NCBI GenBank assembly: GCA_003331545.1
Contig: QOPC01000001.1
Location: forward strand, 297-64,296
Length of the DNA: 64,000 bases
Direction of reading: 5' to 3'
From: SAR86 cluster bacterium
GTDB taxonomy: Bacteria; Pseudomonadota; Gammaproteobacteria; Magnimaribacterales; D2472
Notes under the pieces: model-generated
What the model was told of the DNA's origin: nothing
Databases searched by the model: none
The model's input: the letters and a program-made list of their open reading frames with translations, nothing else
Program-made: the position numbers and the translations under genes
In this document: in pieces, positions 27,847-37,135 of the stretch
Layout of the letters: every line of letters starts with the position of its first letter
How positions within the stretch are numbered: the stretch's first letter is position 1

Positions 27847-28772
27847 AAAAATACCTATTACTTTGCGGCGGTGTTGGTGGAGCTAAACTTGCATTGGGTT
27901 TTAAAAATACAGTGAATGCAGAAAATTTAGGTATTGCAGTTAATACAGGCGATGATTTTACTCACCTTAATCTTAAGATTTGCCCCGACCTAGATACAGT
28001 AATGTATACCCTTGCTGGCGAGTCAGATGTTTCTAAGGGTTGGGGAAGAAAAAATGAATCATGGAACATGCTTACAAACTTAGAAAATTTGAGCGGAGAA
28101 ACATGGTTTCAACTTGGTGATAAAGACTTAGCTACTCATATAAGAAGAACAGAACTGATTAATTTAGGTAATTCACTTTCAGAAGCCACTTATAAAATTT
28201 GTCAATCGTTTGGTTTGCCTAAATTTATATTCCCAATGAGTGATGAATCGGTTGAAACATATATTCAAACAAAAAATAGATTGCTTTCTTTTCAAGAGTA
28301 TTTTGTTAAATTAAAATGTGAACCGCCTGTGACTGATTTTGTTTTTAAAGGTTTAGACAAAGCAAAATTTAATAAGGATATTGATTTAAATTCTTATGAT
28401 GAAATTATAATTTGTCCATCAAATCCTTACGTTAGCATCAATCCAATTTTGCAACTCTCTGGTCTTCAAGATCATCTGATAGATTTTTCTAATAAAGTTT
28501 CAATAATCAGCCCGATAGTTAATGCGAAATCCTTAAAGGGACCAACCGCAAAAATGATGCAAGAGCTTGGCCACGAAATAAGTGTTAAAACTATCGCAGA
28601 ATTTTATAAAAAATATGCTAAACGAATCTTTGTTGATACCTCAGATAATGATAGTGCTAGCCATTTATCTTCATTGGGGTATGAGGTTTTTCCAACTAAT
28701 TTAATTATGAACAATACTCAATCTAAAAATAAACTTGCCCAAGAAATAATTAAGGTTTTAGAGTCCAACTAA
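27843..28772 (+). CDS. cofD: 2-phospho-L-lactate (or EPPG) transferase CofD/FbiA
   Basis: N-terminal LCGGVGGAKLALG, NTGDD..H, GWG.. and WFQLGDKDLATHIRR are typical of CofD. ATGA overlap with cofE. Confidence 0.9.
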   Translation: MKKYLLLCGGVGGAKLALGFKNTVNAENLGIAVNTGDDFTHLNLKICPDLDTVMYTLAGESDVSKGWGRKNESWNMLTNLENLSGETWFQLGDKDLATHIRRTELINLGNSLSEATYKICQSFGLPKFIFPMSDESVETYIQTKNRLLSFQEYFVKLKCEPPVTDFVFKGLDKAKFNKDIDLNSYDEIIICPSNPYVSINPILQLSGLQDHLIDFSNKVSIISPIVNAKSLKGPTAKMMQELGHEISVKTIAEFYKKYAKRIFVDTSDNDSASHLSSLGYEVFPTNLIMNNTQSKNKLAQEIIKVLESN

Positions 28773-29348
28773 ATGACAGTTTCAGCATTTGTTCCTATTA
28801 AAAAATTTTCTAGTTCTAAAGAAAGGCTATCAAATGTTCTTGATTCAATTGATCGTTCAAAGCTTGCCGAACAAATGGCAAAACATACTATAAAAACTCT
28901 TTTTGATTCTAATATTTGTGATTCTATTACCATTGTTACAAATGATAAGGATTTAAGATTTATCAATACTGTTTCATATTTTACAGAATTACCTTTAAAT
29001 CAAGCCTTACATGAAGCTATTGCATCAAAACCTGACCATGACATTACTTTGGTTATGCATGCTGATCTTCCAAGAATCAATGAAAAAGATCTTCAGAAAT
29101 TTAAAGATTCGTTTACAAAAACTAAGATCAGTATAATTTCTGATCTTCACAAGATTGGAACAAACTGTTTAATGTATGACTCATCATTGAATTTTAATCT
29201 TAAGTTTGGCGAAGATAGCTATGCTCTATTTATTAAAGAGTTTGAAAGTAATGAATTAATGCATCAAGAGATATGCTTACCAAGTCTTCAAGATGACCTT
29301 GACTCCGAGGAAGATTACTTCAAACTAAATCAATACATTAATGGATAG
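28773..29348 (+). CDS. cofC: phospholactate/phosphoenolpyruvate guanylyltransferase CofC/FbiD
   Basis: 191 aa. N-terminal FVPIKKFSSSKERLS (the iPvK...K.RL motif of the CofC/MobA-like fold). The ATG directly follows the cofD TAA. Confidence 0.78.
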   Translation: MTVSAFVPIKKFSSSKERLSNVLDSIDRSKLAEQMAKHTIKTLFDSNICDSITIVTNDKDLRFINTVSYFTELPLNQALHEAIASKPDHDITLVMHADLPRINEKDLQKFKDSFTKTKISIISDLHKIGTNCLMYDSSLNFNLKFGEDSYALFIKEFESNELMHQEICLPSLQDDLDSEEDYFKLNQYING

Positions 29349-31767
29349 CAAGTTGAACATTCAAGAACAATCTAATCTTTCGCTCAGGCAGTTAATTTTG
29401 CACGACAGTATATCCTCTTCTGAATTAGTAAGTCTTTCCAATATATGTTTATCAGATAGCTTGATTAAAGCCTCATTTGATAAAAAAAGGCTATATTTTA
29501 ATGATGAACTTACCTATTCACCAAAAGTATTTATCCCATTAACATTTTTATGCAGAGATGTTTGTCACTATTGTACTTTTGCTAAAACTCCAAAGAAGGT
29601 TGAATCTCCTTATTTATCAATAGAGCAGGTTGTTGCAATTGCAAAAGAGGGACAAATCAATGGATGTCACGAAGCTCTGTTTACTTTGGGTGATAAACCA
29701 GAATTACGTTATAAGGCAGCTCGAGAATGGTTAAAATCTAATGGTTTTAAAACAACCAATGAGTATCTTGGTGCCTGTGCAGAAGCAGTTTTAAAAGAAA
29801 CATCACTTATTCCTCACCTTAATTCAGGATGCTTAACAGCTGAAGAAATTTCTAAACTAAAGCCATTAAGCGGTTCGATGGGTTTAATGGTTGAGTCACT
29901 ATCGACAAAACTTACAGAAAAGGGTCAACCTCATTATGGATCTCCTGATAAAGATCCATTATTCAGAATGCAAACACTTGAAGAGGCAGGAAAACAAAAA
30001 GTACCTTTTACAACTGGAATTCTAATTGGTATAGGGGAAACAAGGTTGGAAAGACTTGAATCTATATACGAAATTCGAGAATTACATAAAAAATATAATC
30101 ATATTCAAGAAGTAATAGTTCAAAATTTTAAAGCTAAGCCTAATACACTGATGGCCAATTCAGCTGAACCTTCATTCGATGAGTTAATGTGGACTATTGC
30201 AATGGCCAGATTGATATTGCCAGCTGAAGTGAGTTTGCAAGTTCCTCCTAATTTAAATGCTGAACACATAAAAAAATTAACAGTTTCTGGAATTAATGAT
30301 TTCGGAGGAATTTCTCCAGTCACAAAAGATTACGTAAATCCTGAGGCGCCATGGCCTGAGATAGAGAAGCTTGATCAAATAGCTTTCTTATCGAATCAAG
30401 TCTTAAAACCAAGAGCAACACTTTACCCTAGATATTTTTCAAAGCTTGAATCGTTCTCAACACCACTAATTACCTCAAGGCTTCTTGATATTACTGATGC
30501 ACAATCATTAATAAGATCTGATAAGTGGAAATCTGGTGTAAGCAATAATGTCCCATCTTATTCTAGCGGCACTTCTAATTCTAATATTAAAAAAACCATA
30601 GATGATGTAGAAAGAAATCCAACGTTAAAAAATATTCAAGAACTTTTAGAATCTTCCAATCGAGACTTTCAGTACATTATTGATTATGCAAATAGTAAAA
30701 AGTTAGATATTTTTGGTTCGGATGTTAGTTTCGTTGTAAACAGAAATATTAATTACACCAATATATGCTCCTTTAAATGCAATTTCTGTGCTTTCTCTAA
30801 GGGCAGAGGACATGATGATCTTAGAGGTAAGCCTTACAACATTTCTCATGAAGAAATAGTCAGAAGAACTAAGGAAGCAATAAACAGAGGCGCAACCGAG
30901 GTTTGCTTGCAGGGTGGAATTCATCCAAAATATTCAGGTGATACATACTTAGACATAGTTAAATCAATAAGGTCCGCATCAAGTTCTATTCATATTCATG
31001 CTTTTTCTCCTCTTGAGATAGATCATGGCAGAAAGACTCTTAATATTTCAGCGCAAGAATTTCTTCAAGAATTAAAAAGTGCAGGGCTTAACTCCCTACC
31101 AGGAACAGCTGCTGAAATTTTACACGATGACGTTAGAGCAATTATTTGCCCAGATAAATTATCTACCGATCAATGGATAAATATTATAAAAACAGCTCAT
31201 AATGTTGGCCTTCCAACCACCTCAACCATGATGTTCGGTCATGTTGAAAATATGACGCATATCGCACATCATTTGCTAAAGCTTTATTATCTTCAATTAG
31301 AAACTAATGGCATCACTGAGTTTGTACCATTACCTTTTGTTGCTGAAGAGGCTCCCATTTATAGAAAAGGATTGGCAAGACCTGGCCCTACATTTAAGGA
31401 AACAATATTAATCCACTCCGTTGCAAGGATTCTCTTTCATGGAACGATAAACAATATCCAAGGTTCATGGGTAAAAATGGGCTTGCCAGGATTAAAATTT
31501 CTTTTAACTGCTGGAATTAATGATATTGGTGGGGTATTAATGAATGAGTCAATTACCAGATCTGCTGGCGCTTCCTTTGGTCAAGAATTACATCTCAACG
31601 ACGTTAGAAACATTACCGATGAATTAGGTCTATCATTAACTCAAAGGAATACACTCTATAAACCTCTACAAAATAACATTGAGGATTTAATGATCGCTCA
31701 GTCAATTCCATTGCTTCCAATAAATAATGAGTACCATCAACCAAAAAAAATAGTTAACAATTTATGA
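29341..31767 (+). CDS. fbiC: FO synthase, fused CofG-CofH (FbiC)
   Basis: 808 aa with two radical-SAM CxxxCxxC clusters, CRDVCHYCTF (N half) and CSFKCNFCAF (C half). Both halves are of TIM-barrel radical-SAM length. Confidence 0.93.
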   Translation: MDSKLNIQEQSNLSLRQLILHDSISSSELVSLSNICLSDSLIKASFDKKRLYFNDELTYSPKVFIPLTFLCRDVCHYCTFAKTPKKVESPYLSIEQVVAIAKEGQINGCHEALFTLGDKPELRYKAAREWLKSNGFKTTNEYLGACAEAVLKETSLIPHLNSGCLTAEEISKLKPLSGSMGLMVESLSTKLTEKGQPHYGSPDKDPLFRMQTLEEAGKQKVPFTTGILIGIGETRLERLESIYEIRELHKKYNHIQEVIVQNFKAKPNTLMANSAEPSFDELMWTIAMARLILPAEVSLQVPPNLNAEHIKKLTVSGINDFGGISPVTKDYVNPEAPWPEIEKLDQIAFLSNQVLKPRATLYPRYFSKLESFSTPLITSRLLDITDAQSLIRSDKWKSGVSNNVPSYSSGTSNSNIKKTIDDVERNPTLKNIQELLESSNRDFQYIIDYANSKKLDIFGSDVSFVVNRNINYTNICSFKCNFCAFSKGRGHDDLRGKPYNISHEEIVRRTKEAINRGATEVCLQGGIHPKYSGDTYLDIVKSIRSASSSIHIHAFSPLEIDHGRKTLNISAQEFLQELKSAGLNSLPGTAAEILHDDVRAIICPDKLSTDQWINIIKTAHNVGLPTTSTMMFGHVENMTHIAHHLLKLYYLQLETNGITEFVPLPFVAEEAPIYRKGLARPGPTFKETILIHSVARILFHGTINNIQGSWVKMGLPGLKFLLTAGINDIGGVLMNESITRSAGASFGQELHLNDVRNITDELGLSLTQRNTLYKPLQNNIEDLMIAQSIPLLPINNEYHQPKKIVNNL

Positions 31768-32642
31768 AAACAAAACTCACACACCTATCTATCATTCTTG
31801 CTGGCTATATAGCCTGCATCTACTCTATGCAATTTACTTGGAGCCTTTTATCAGACTTCTCCTTAGTATCTAAAGTATTCATATGCCACGTTGAAGCCAC
31901 AATCTTTATTTATATTTTAAGTGTTCTATTTAATAATTCGAGCTGGTATGACGCCTTTTGGTCCGTCATTCCAGTTGCATTAACTATTATGTGCTGGTCT
32001 GATATCTCGGCAGCTGGGGATGTCCAAAGAGCGTTTTTAATGCATGCCTGCCTTCTTTTTTGGGCAATCAGACTTACCTACAACTGGATTAGATCATGGG
32101 AGGGTTTTTCTCATGAAGATTGGCGCTATGTAATGATGAAAGGAAAGACAGAAAATAAATTTCAATATTTTATGGTTGATTTTGGCTCCATTCACCTTAT
32201 CCCTACAATATGTGTCTACATGGCATTACTTCCAATGATTTATGCTCTTGCTTATCCAGGAGATGGCTTGAATTTGCTTGATGCAGTTGCAACATTACTA
32301 GCTGTAATTGCTGTTATTATTCAAATTATCTCAGATCAGCAAATGTATAATTTTAGAAAAAATATTTCTGAACCCCAAACTATGCAGTCAGGATTATGGT
32401 TTTATTCCAGGCATCCAAATTATTTTGGTGAAATTCTTTTCTGGTTTAGTTTATTTGTTTTTGCAATAGCTGCAGATATTGGTTTTGCTTGGCTTTTAAT
32501 AGGCTGTGTAATTATGTACGCTTTAATAGCAATTGCCTCGGTTGCTATGATGGATAAAAGATCTTTGTTAAGGCGTCCAGACTTTAAGGAATACATGGAT
32601 TCAACACCTCCGATTTTTATAAATTTTTTTAAGAAAGGTTAA
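31764..32642 (+). CDS. DUF1295 / steroid 5-alpha-reductase-superfamily polytopic membrane protein
   Basis: 292 aa with about 7-8 TM segments. C-terminal signature GLWFYSRHPNYFGEILFW. ATGA overlap with the fbiC stop. Confidence 0.85.
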   Translation: MKTKLTHLSIILAGYIACIYSMQFTWSLLSDFSLVSKVFICHVEATIFIYILSVLFNNSSWYDAFWSVIPVALTIMCWSDISAAGDVQRAFLMHACLLFWAIRLTYNWIRSWEGFSHEDWRYVMMKGKTENKFQYFMVDFGSIHLIPTICVYMALLPMIYALAYPGDGLNLLDAVATLLAVIAVIIQIISDQQMYNFRKNISEPQTMQSGLWFYSRHPNYFGEILFWFSLFVFAIAADIGFAWLLIGCVIMYALIAIASVAMMDKRSLLRRPDFKEYMDSTPPIFINFFKKG

Positions 32643-32645
32643 AAA

Positions 32646-33947
32646 ATGAAAAAATTTTTAATCCTAAACCTGATGTTACTTCTAGCCATTTCTAATGCTG
32701 CAGAAGAATTAAGGTTGCAGTTAGATCAAGATTTAGATGGTGTTATGACAAAGGTTACAAATTGGAGACATTATTTCCATCAGTATCCAGAGCTATCAAA
32801 CAGAGAATTCAAAACTCAGAAGTCTATTGCTGATGCCTTAATTGAAATGGGCCTCGAGCCAGATCTAAGTTTTGGAAAAACTGGTGTAGTAGCATTCATT
32901 AGAGGACAAAAGCCTGGACCTTTAATAGCCTTAAGAGCAGACATAGATGGTCTGCCTGTGACTGAAAAATTGAATTTACCTTTTTCTTCAAAAGAAAAAA
33001 CAATGTATCAAGGAAATGAAGTTGGTGTTATGCATGCATGTGGTCATGATGCCCACATAGCTGTTCTTTTGGGAGTTGCAAGTTTTCTATCTCAAAATAC
33101 AGACAAGTTAAGTGGTGATATATTTCTAATTTTTCAGCCCGCGGAAGAGGGTGCTCCTGAAGGAGAGGAGGGCGGTGCCGAACTAATGCTTAAAGAGGGT
33201 TTGTTTGATGCTGAAAAACCCGATGCTATTTTTGGGCTTCACGTATCAAATGGATTGCATGGAGGAATTATGCTTAAACCTGGACCTGCAATGGCATCAG
33301 CAGAGGCATTCAGAATTACAATTGAGGGTGAGCAAACCCATGGGTCTAGACCTTGGTCAGGAATTGATCCGATAGTAACTGCATCAGATATAGTCTCAAC
33401 TCTTCAAACAATAGTGAGCAGAAGATTAAACTTACTTGAAAGCCAGGCAGTTGTTACCGTCGGAATTATGAAGGCGGGGACAAGAAATAATATAATTCCA
33501 TCGTCTGCTATGTTAGAAGGCACAATAAGAACATTTGAAGACTCATATACTGATCAAATTCGGGCTGAAATAAAATTGATTTCTGAAAATGTAGCAGAAG
33601 CTCATGGAGCAAAAGCAAATGTCGAGTTTAAAGTTTATGGAGGCTATCCAGTTACTTTTAATGATTTAGAGTTATCTGAAAAGTATGCTTCATCACTTTC
33701 AGAGGCCGCCGATGGAAAGTATTATGAGGCAAGAGTTCCTCGAACTGGGGCTGAAGATTTTTCTTTCTATGCTCAACAAGTTCCAGGACTTTTCTTTTTT
33801 CTTGGAGTGAATGCGCCTGGAATAGAAGATAGTCCAACAAATCATTCTCCTTATTTTTATGTTGATGATAATGCTTTATCAAGTGGGGTAAAAGCATTTA
33901 TAAATCTAGTAGAAGATTACTCTTCAGATTTTAATGCTGGTAGTTAA
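32646..33947 (+). CDS. exported M20D-family amidohydrolase (aminoacylase / hippurate hydrolase / AbgAB-like)
   Basis: Signal peptide MKKFLILNLMLLLAISNA. Metal-site motifs MHACGHDAH and QPAEEG, and HSPYF near the C-terminus. The start is 3 bp after the DUF1295 stop. Confidence 0.88.
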   Translation: MKKFLILNLMLLLAISNAAEELRLQLDQDLDGVMTKVTNWRHYFHQYPELSNREFKTQKSIADALIEMGLEPDLSFGKTGVVAFIRGQKPGPLIALRADIDGLPVTEKLNLPFSSKEKTMYQGNEVGVMHACGHDAHIAVLLGVASFLSQNTDKLSGDIFLIFQPAEEGAPEGEEGGAELMLKEGLFDAEKPDAIFGLHVSNGLHGGIMLKPGPAMASAEAFRITIEGEQTHGSRPWSGIDPIVTASDIVSTLQTIVSRRLNLLESQAVVTVGIMKAGTRNNIIPSSAMLEGTIRTFEDSYTDQIRAEIKLISENVAEAHGAKANVEFKVYGGYPVTFNDLELSEKYASSLSEAADGKYYEARVPRTGAEDFSFYAQQVPGLFFFLGVNAPGIEDSPTNHSPYFYVDDNALSSGVKAFINLVEDYSSDFNAGS

Positions 33948-34135
33948 AATAAATTAAAAATCTTCAGCAATATCAATAGAATAGATATAAACATTAGCAC
34001 CAAAATTATTGGATACTGACCAAGCTTTAATGAAATCTTTTTTGGCAATAACAACAAACAAAGAATCGCAAAAGAGGTAATCCCAACTCCCCAGAGTAAA
34101 GTAGTTAACTCCTCAAACAGGCTTCCAAGAATCAA
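33944..34135 (-). CDS. possible small two-TM membrane protein
   Basis: 63-aa ORF with two hydrophobic stretches, 5 bp downstream of the NMO gene on the same strand. No homology recognised, and it could be a chance ORF in AT-rich spacer. Confidence 0.3.
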   Translation of the reverse strand: MILGSLFEELTTLLWGVGITSFAILCLLLLPKKISLKLGQYPIILVLMFISILLILLKIFNLF

Positions 34136-34140
34136 TTATT

Positions 34141-35271
34141 TTAATCTTCAGGAAGCAGGGAATTTAATCGATCAATTGAATCAAGATATTCATTTACCAT
34201 TCTATAAATGACATCTTTCACGGATTCTACTTGCTTAACTTGACCAATCACCTGTCCTGCCGCATTAAATGAAACTTCCTGAGTATTCCCTGATGCTGCA
34301 TACATTGATGTTCTTCTCATTGCATCAAAAGTTATCATTCCTTGAAGAGGCATGGGTAATGGATCAGGATTTTCTGGATTTTCCCATGCTTCAGTCCATT
34401 TATTCTTAAGCATTCTTGCCGGTTTACCAGTCCATGCTTTACTTCTTATAGTGTCTTCACTTGTGGCATTCAAGTAGGAATCTTTTTCAGCTGGTTGGGC
34501 GGCAGCCTCTTCAACTGCAAGCCATAAAGAACCACACCAGATCCCTTGAACCCCGGTAGACATTGCAGCTGCCATTTGTCTTCCACTACCAATTCCACCT
34601 GCGGCCAGAACAGGCAAACCATCAACTGCATCAACAATTTGGGGCCACAACACAATACTGCCAATTTCTCCAGTATGACCACCACCTTCACCTCCCTGGG
34701 CAATAATAAAATCCAAACCAGCTTCTTTGTGAGCAACTGCCTGTTTTATTTTTCCACATAAAGCACCTATTAGAACACCTTTATCCTGAATCTTTTCTAT
34801 CATGTCTGCAGGGGGTGTTCCTAATGCATTAGCAATAAGCTTTACATTGGGATGCTTTAAAGCTTCATCAATTTGAGGTTCAGCTGTTGCCTCAGTCCAT
34901 CCAAGTAATCCTCCTTTTGGACCATTTGTTTCAGGAGCTTCGGGAACGCCATGAGTTGTTAAGAGATTATCTACGAACTCTCTGTGAGCATCCGGTATCA
35001 TTTTTTGCAATGATTCCAATAATTCTTCAGGATCTTTCTGATCCATACCCTCATATTTTTGAGGTATTACAGTATCTACACCATACGGATAATCACCAAT
35101 ATGTTCATCAATCCAATCAAGCTCTTCTTTTAATTGCTCAGGCGAATAACCAACAGCTCCAAGAACCCCAATACCACCAGCTTTACTAACTGCAACAACC
35201 ACATCGCGACAATGCGTGAAAGCAAAAATTGGATATTCAATACCTAGTTTTTTACATATATCAGTTTTCAT
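34141..35271 (-). CDS. nitronate monooxygenase (NMO)/FMN-dependent enoyl-reductase-like TIM-barrel protein
   Basis: YPIFAF...GGIGVLG, AQGGEGGGHTG, AAGGIGSG. 376 aa. Confidence 0.88.
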   Translation of the reverse strand: MKTDICKKLGIEYPIFAFTHCRDVVVAVSKAGGIGVLGAVGYSPEQLKEELDWIDEHIGDYPYGVDTVIPQKYEGMDQKDPEELLESLQKMIPDAHREFVDNLLTTHGVPEAPETNGPKGGLLGWTEATAEPQIDEALKHPNVKLIANALGTPPADMIEKIQDKGVLIGALCGKIKQAVAHKEAGLDFIIAQGGEGGGHTGEIGSIVLWPQIVDAVDGLPVLAAGGIGSGRQMAAAMSTGVQGIWCGSLWLAVEEAAAQPAEKDSYLNATSEDTIRSKAWTGKPARMLKNKWTEAWENPENPDPLPMPLQGMITFDAMRRTSMYAASGNTQEVSFNAAGQVIGQVKQVESVKDVIYRMVNEYLDSIDRLNSLLPED

Positions 35272-35425
35272 TTAAGCCTCATTTACAAATAAAGTTAAAT
35301 TATAGACATTTATAAAATATTTGTGACCAAGAATAGATTAATTTTTTTAAATAATATTATTTTAAAAAATGTTCTAAGTTATTATGAATTAGTTACAATC
35401 TATTAAAAAAACTTATTAATTAATT

Positions 35426-37135
35426 ATGAAATGGGATTACGAATTTGATGTTGTTGTTGTAGGTTCTGGAAATGGGGCTCTTACATCTGCTATATGTAGT
35501 CATGATGGTGGTGCAAAGACATTAGTTATTGAAAAAAGCGATCAGTATGGAGGAACCTCCGCAACCTCAGGGGGTGGCGTTTGGATTCCTAATAATAGGT
35601 ACGCTAAAGCAGAAAAAGTCGATGATTCTGATCAAGATGCGAGAGATTATATTAATAGCGTATCACCAGAAGGAAAAATTAAAGATGAGTTAGTTGAAAC
35701 CTATATTGCTGAAGGACCTAAAATGATCGACTATCTGCACGAGAATTCACAAGTAAAATATAGAAATTTGGCTCACTATCCAGATTATTTTCCAGATAAT
35801 CCGGGCGGAAAAGCTGGAAATAGATCAATGGAACCAGAGCCTATAAAAGGCACCGAGCTCGGTGATGATCTCGGCAGATTAAGAGGTCAACATCCTCAAA
35901 CAGCTTTTACAATGGGCCCAATTAATATGAACTTCACGCAAGTAGAGGGCCAGCTACTTTTGGGTGCCTTGCCAGGCTGGAAATCTCAATTTGCAAAATT
36001 GTTTACAAAATATATTTTAGATATTCCCATGAGAATAAAGTGGGGCTGGAAAGATAGAAGATTGACGATGGGTAATGCAGGTGTAGCCAGACTAATCTTG
36101 TCATTAAAAGATAGAAATGTAGATATGTGGACAATGACCTCAATGACAGATCTTATTGATCAAAATGGTTCCGTTATAGGTATAAAAGCTATGCAAGATA
36201 ATAAAGAAATTAATATCAAAGCAAACAAAGGAGTAATTCTTGCTGCTGGTGGGTTTGAGAAAGATCAAAGTTTAAGAGATCAATACCTACCTAAGCCTTC
36301 GAAGGCTGAGTGGAGTGCTGCGAATACCTTTAATACAGGAGACGCATTAAAAGCTGCTTTAAGATTAGGAGCAGACACTCATCAAATGGATACCGGTTGG
36401 TGGTCGACTGTTATGAAAGTTCCAGGTCAAGATAAAGGCTGGTTATCTATGGTTGATAAATCAATGCCTGGAAATTTTACCGTTAATAAAAAGGGAGAAA
36501 GGTTTTCAAATGAATCACAAAATTATGTAAGTTTTGTAAATGATATGTTTGATAAATATGCGGAAGGTAATCCATGTGCTCCCTGTTATATGGTTTTTGA
36601 TAGTACCTTTAGAAAAAATCGACCTTGCGGTCCACTTCTTCAAGCTTCAATGCAACCAGATTCTGCTGTACCTAAGGAATGGTGGACGCCTACCTTTTTG
36701 TCTAAAGGAGATACATTAGAGGAGCTTGCTGAAATTGCAGGTATCGATATCGATGGCTTATTAGCGACTCAAGCTAAAGTAAACGAATATTCTAAGTCTG
36801 GCAAAGATCTTGATCTTCAAAGAGGAGATAGTGTTTATGATAGGTACTATGGCGATCCATCAGTTACTCCAAATCCGTGCTTAGCGCCATTAGAGAAAGG
36901 TCCATTTTATTGCATGGTTTTATATCCTGGGGAAATGGGTACCGCCGGAGGACTAGTAATTGATACACATGCTAGAGTGCTAAATAAAGAGGGACAAGTT
37001 ATAAACGGACTATATGCATGTGGAAATTGTTCAACAGCCTTACTTCCAACATATCCAGGTCCTGGTTCTACCCTTGGACCAGCAATGACTTTTGGTTATT
37101 TAGCAGCTAAAGATATTACTGGCTCAAATTTTTGA
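35426..37135 (+). CDS. FAD-dependent 3-ketosteroid delta-1-dehydrogenase (KstD)-like oxidoreductase
   Basis: DVVVVGSGNGALTSA...VIEKSDQYGGTSATSGGGVWIPNN. The C-terminal GLYACGNCS...YPGPGSTLGPAMTFGY is typical of the KstD/fumarate-reductase flavoprotein family. 569 aa. Confidence 0.82.
   Translation: MKWDYEFDVVVVGSGNGALTSAICSHDGGAKTLVIEKSDQYGGTSATSGGGVWIPNNRYAKAEKVDDSDQDARDYINSVSPEGKIKDELVETYIAEGPKMIDYLHENSQVKYRNLAHYPDYFPDNPGGKAGNRSMEPEPIKGTELGDDLGRLRGQHPQTAFTMGPINMNFTQVEGQLLLGALPGWKSQFAKLFTKYILDIPMRIKWGWKDRRLTMGNAGVARLILSLKDRNVDMWTMTSMTDLIDQNGSVIGIKAMQDNKEINIKANKGVILAAGGFEKDQSLRDQYLPKPSKAEWSAANTFNTGDALKAALRLGADTHQMDTGWWSTVMKVPGQDKGWLSMVDKSMPGNFTVNKKGERFSNESQNYVSFVNDMFDKYAEGNPCAPCYMVFDSTFRKNRPCGPLLQASMQPDSAVPKEWWTPTFLSKGDTLEELAEIAGIDIDGLLATQAKVNEYSKSGKDLDLQRGDSVYDRYYGDPSVTPNPCLAPLEKGPFYCMVLYPGEMGTAGGLVIDTHARVLNKEGQVINGLYACGNCSTALLPTYPGPGSTLGPAMTFGYLAAKDITGSNF

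Noticed and set aside
27843-29348. cofD and cofC as a single read-through fusion (same frame, separated only by TAA-ATG)
   Set aside because: Sharing a frame has a 1-in-3 chance expectation, and TAA is a strong stop. It is mentioned only within the operon finding.
35272-35425. AT-only palindromes (for example AAATAATATTATTT) in the NMO<>KstD-like divergent region as operator candidates
   Set aside because: They are composed purely of A/T in a region that is roughly 85% A+T by eye (not computed). They are expected by chance, and there is no nearby regulator gene.
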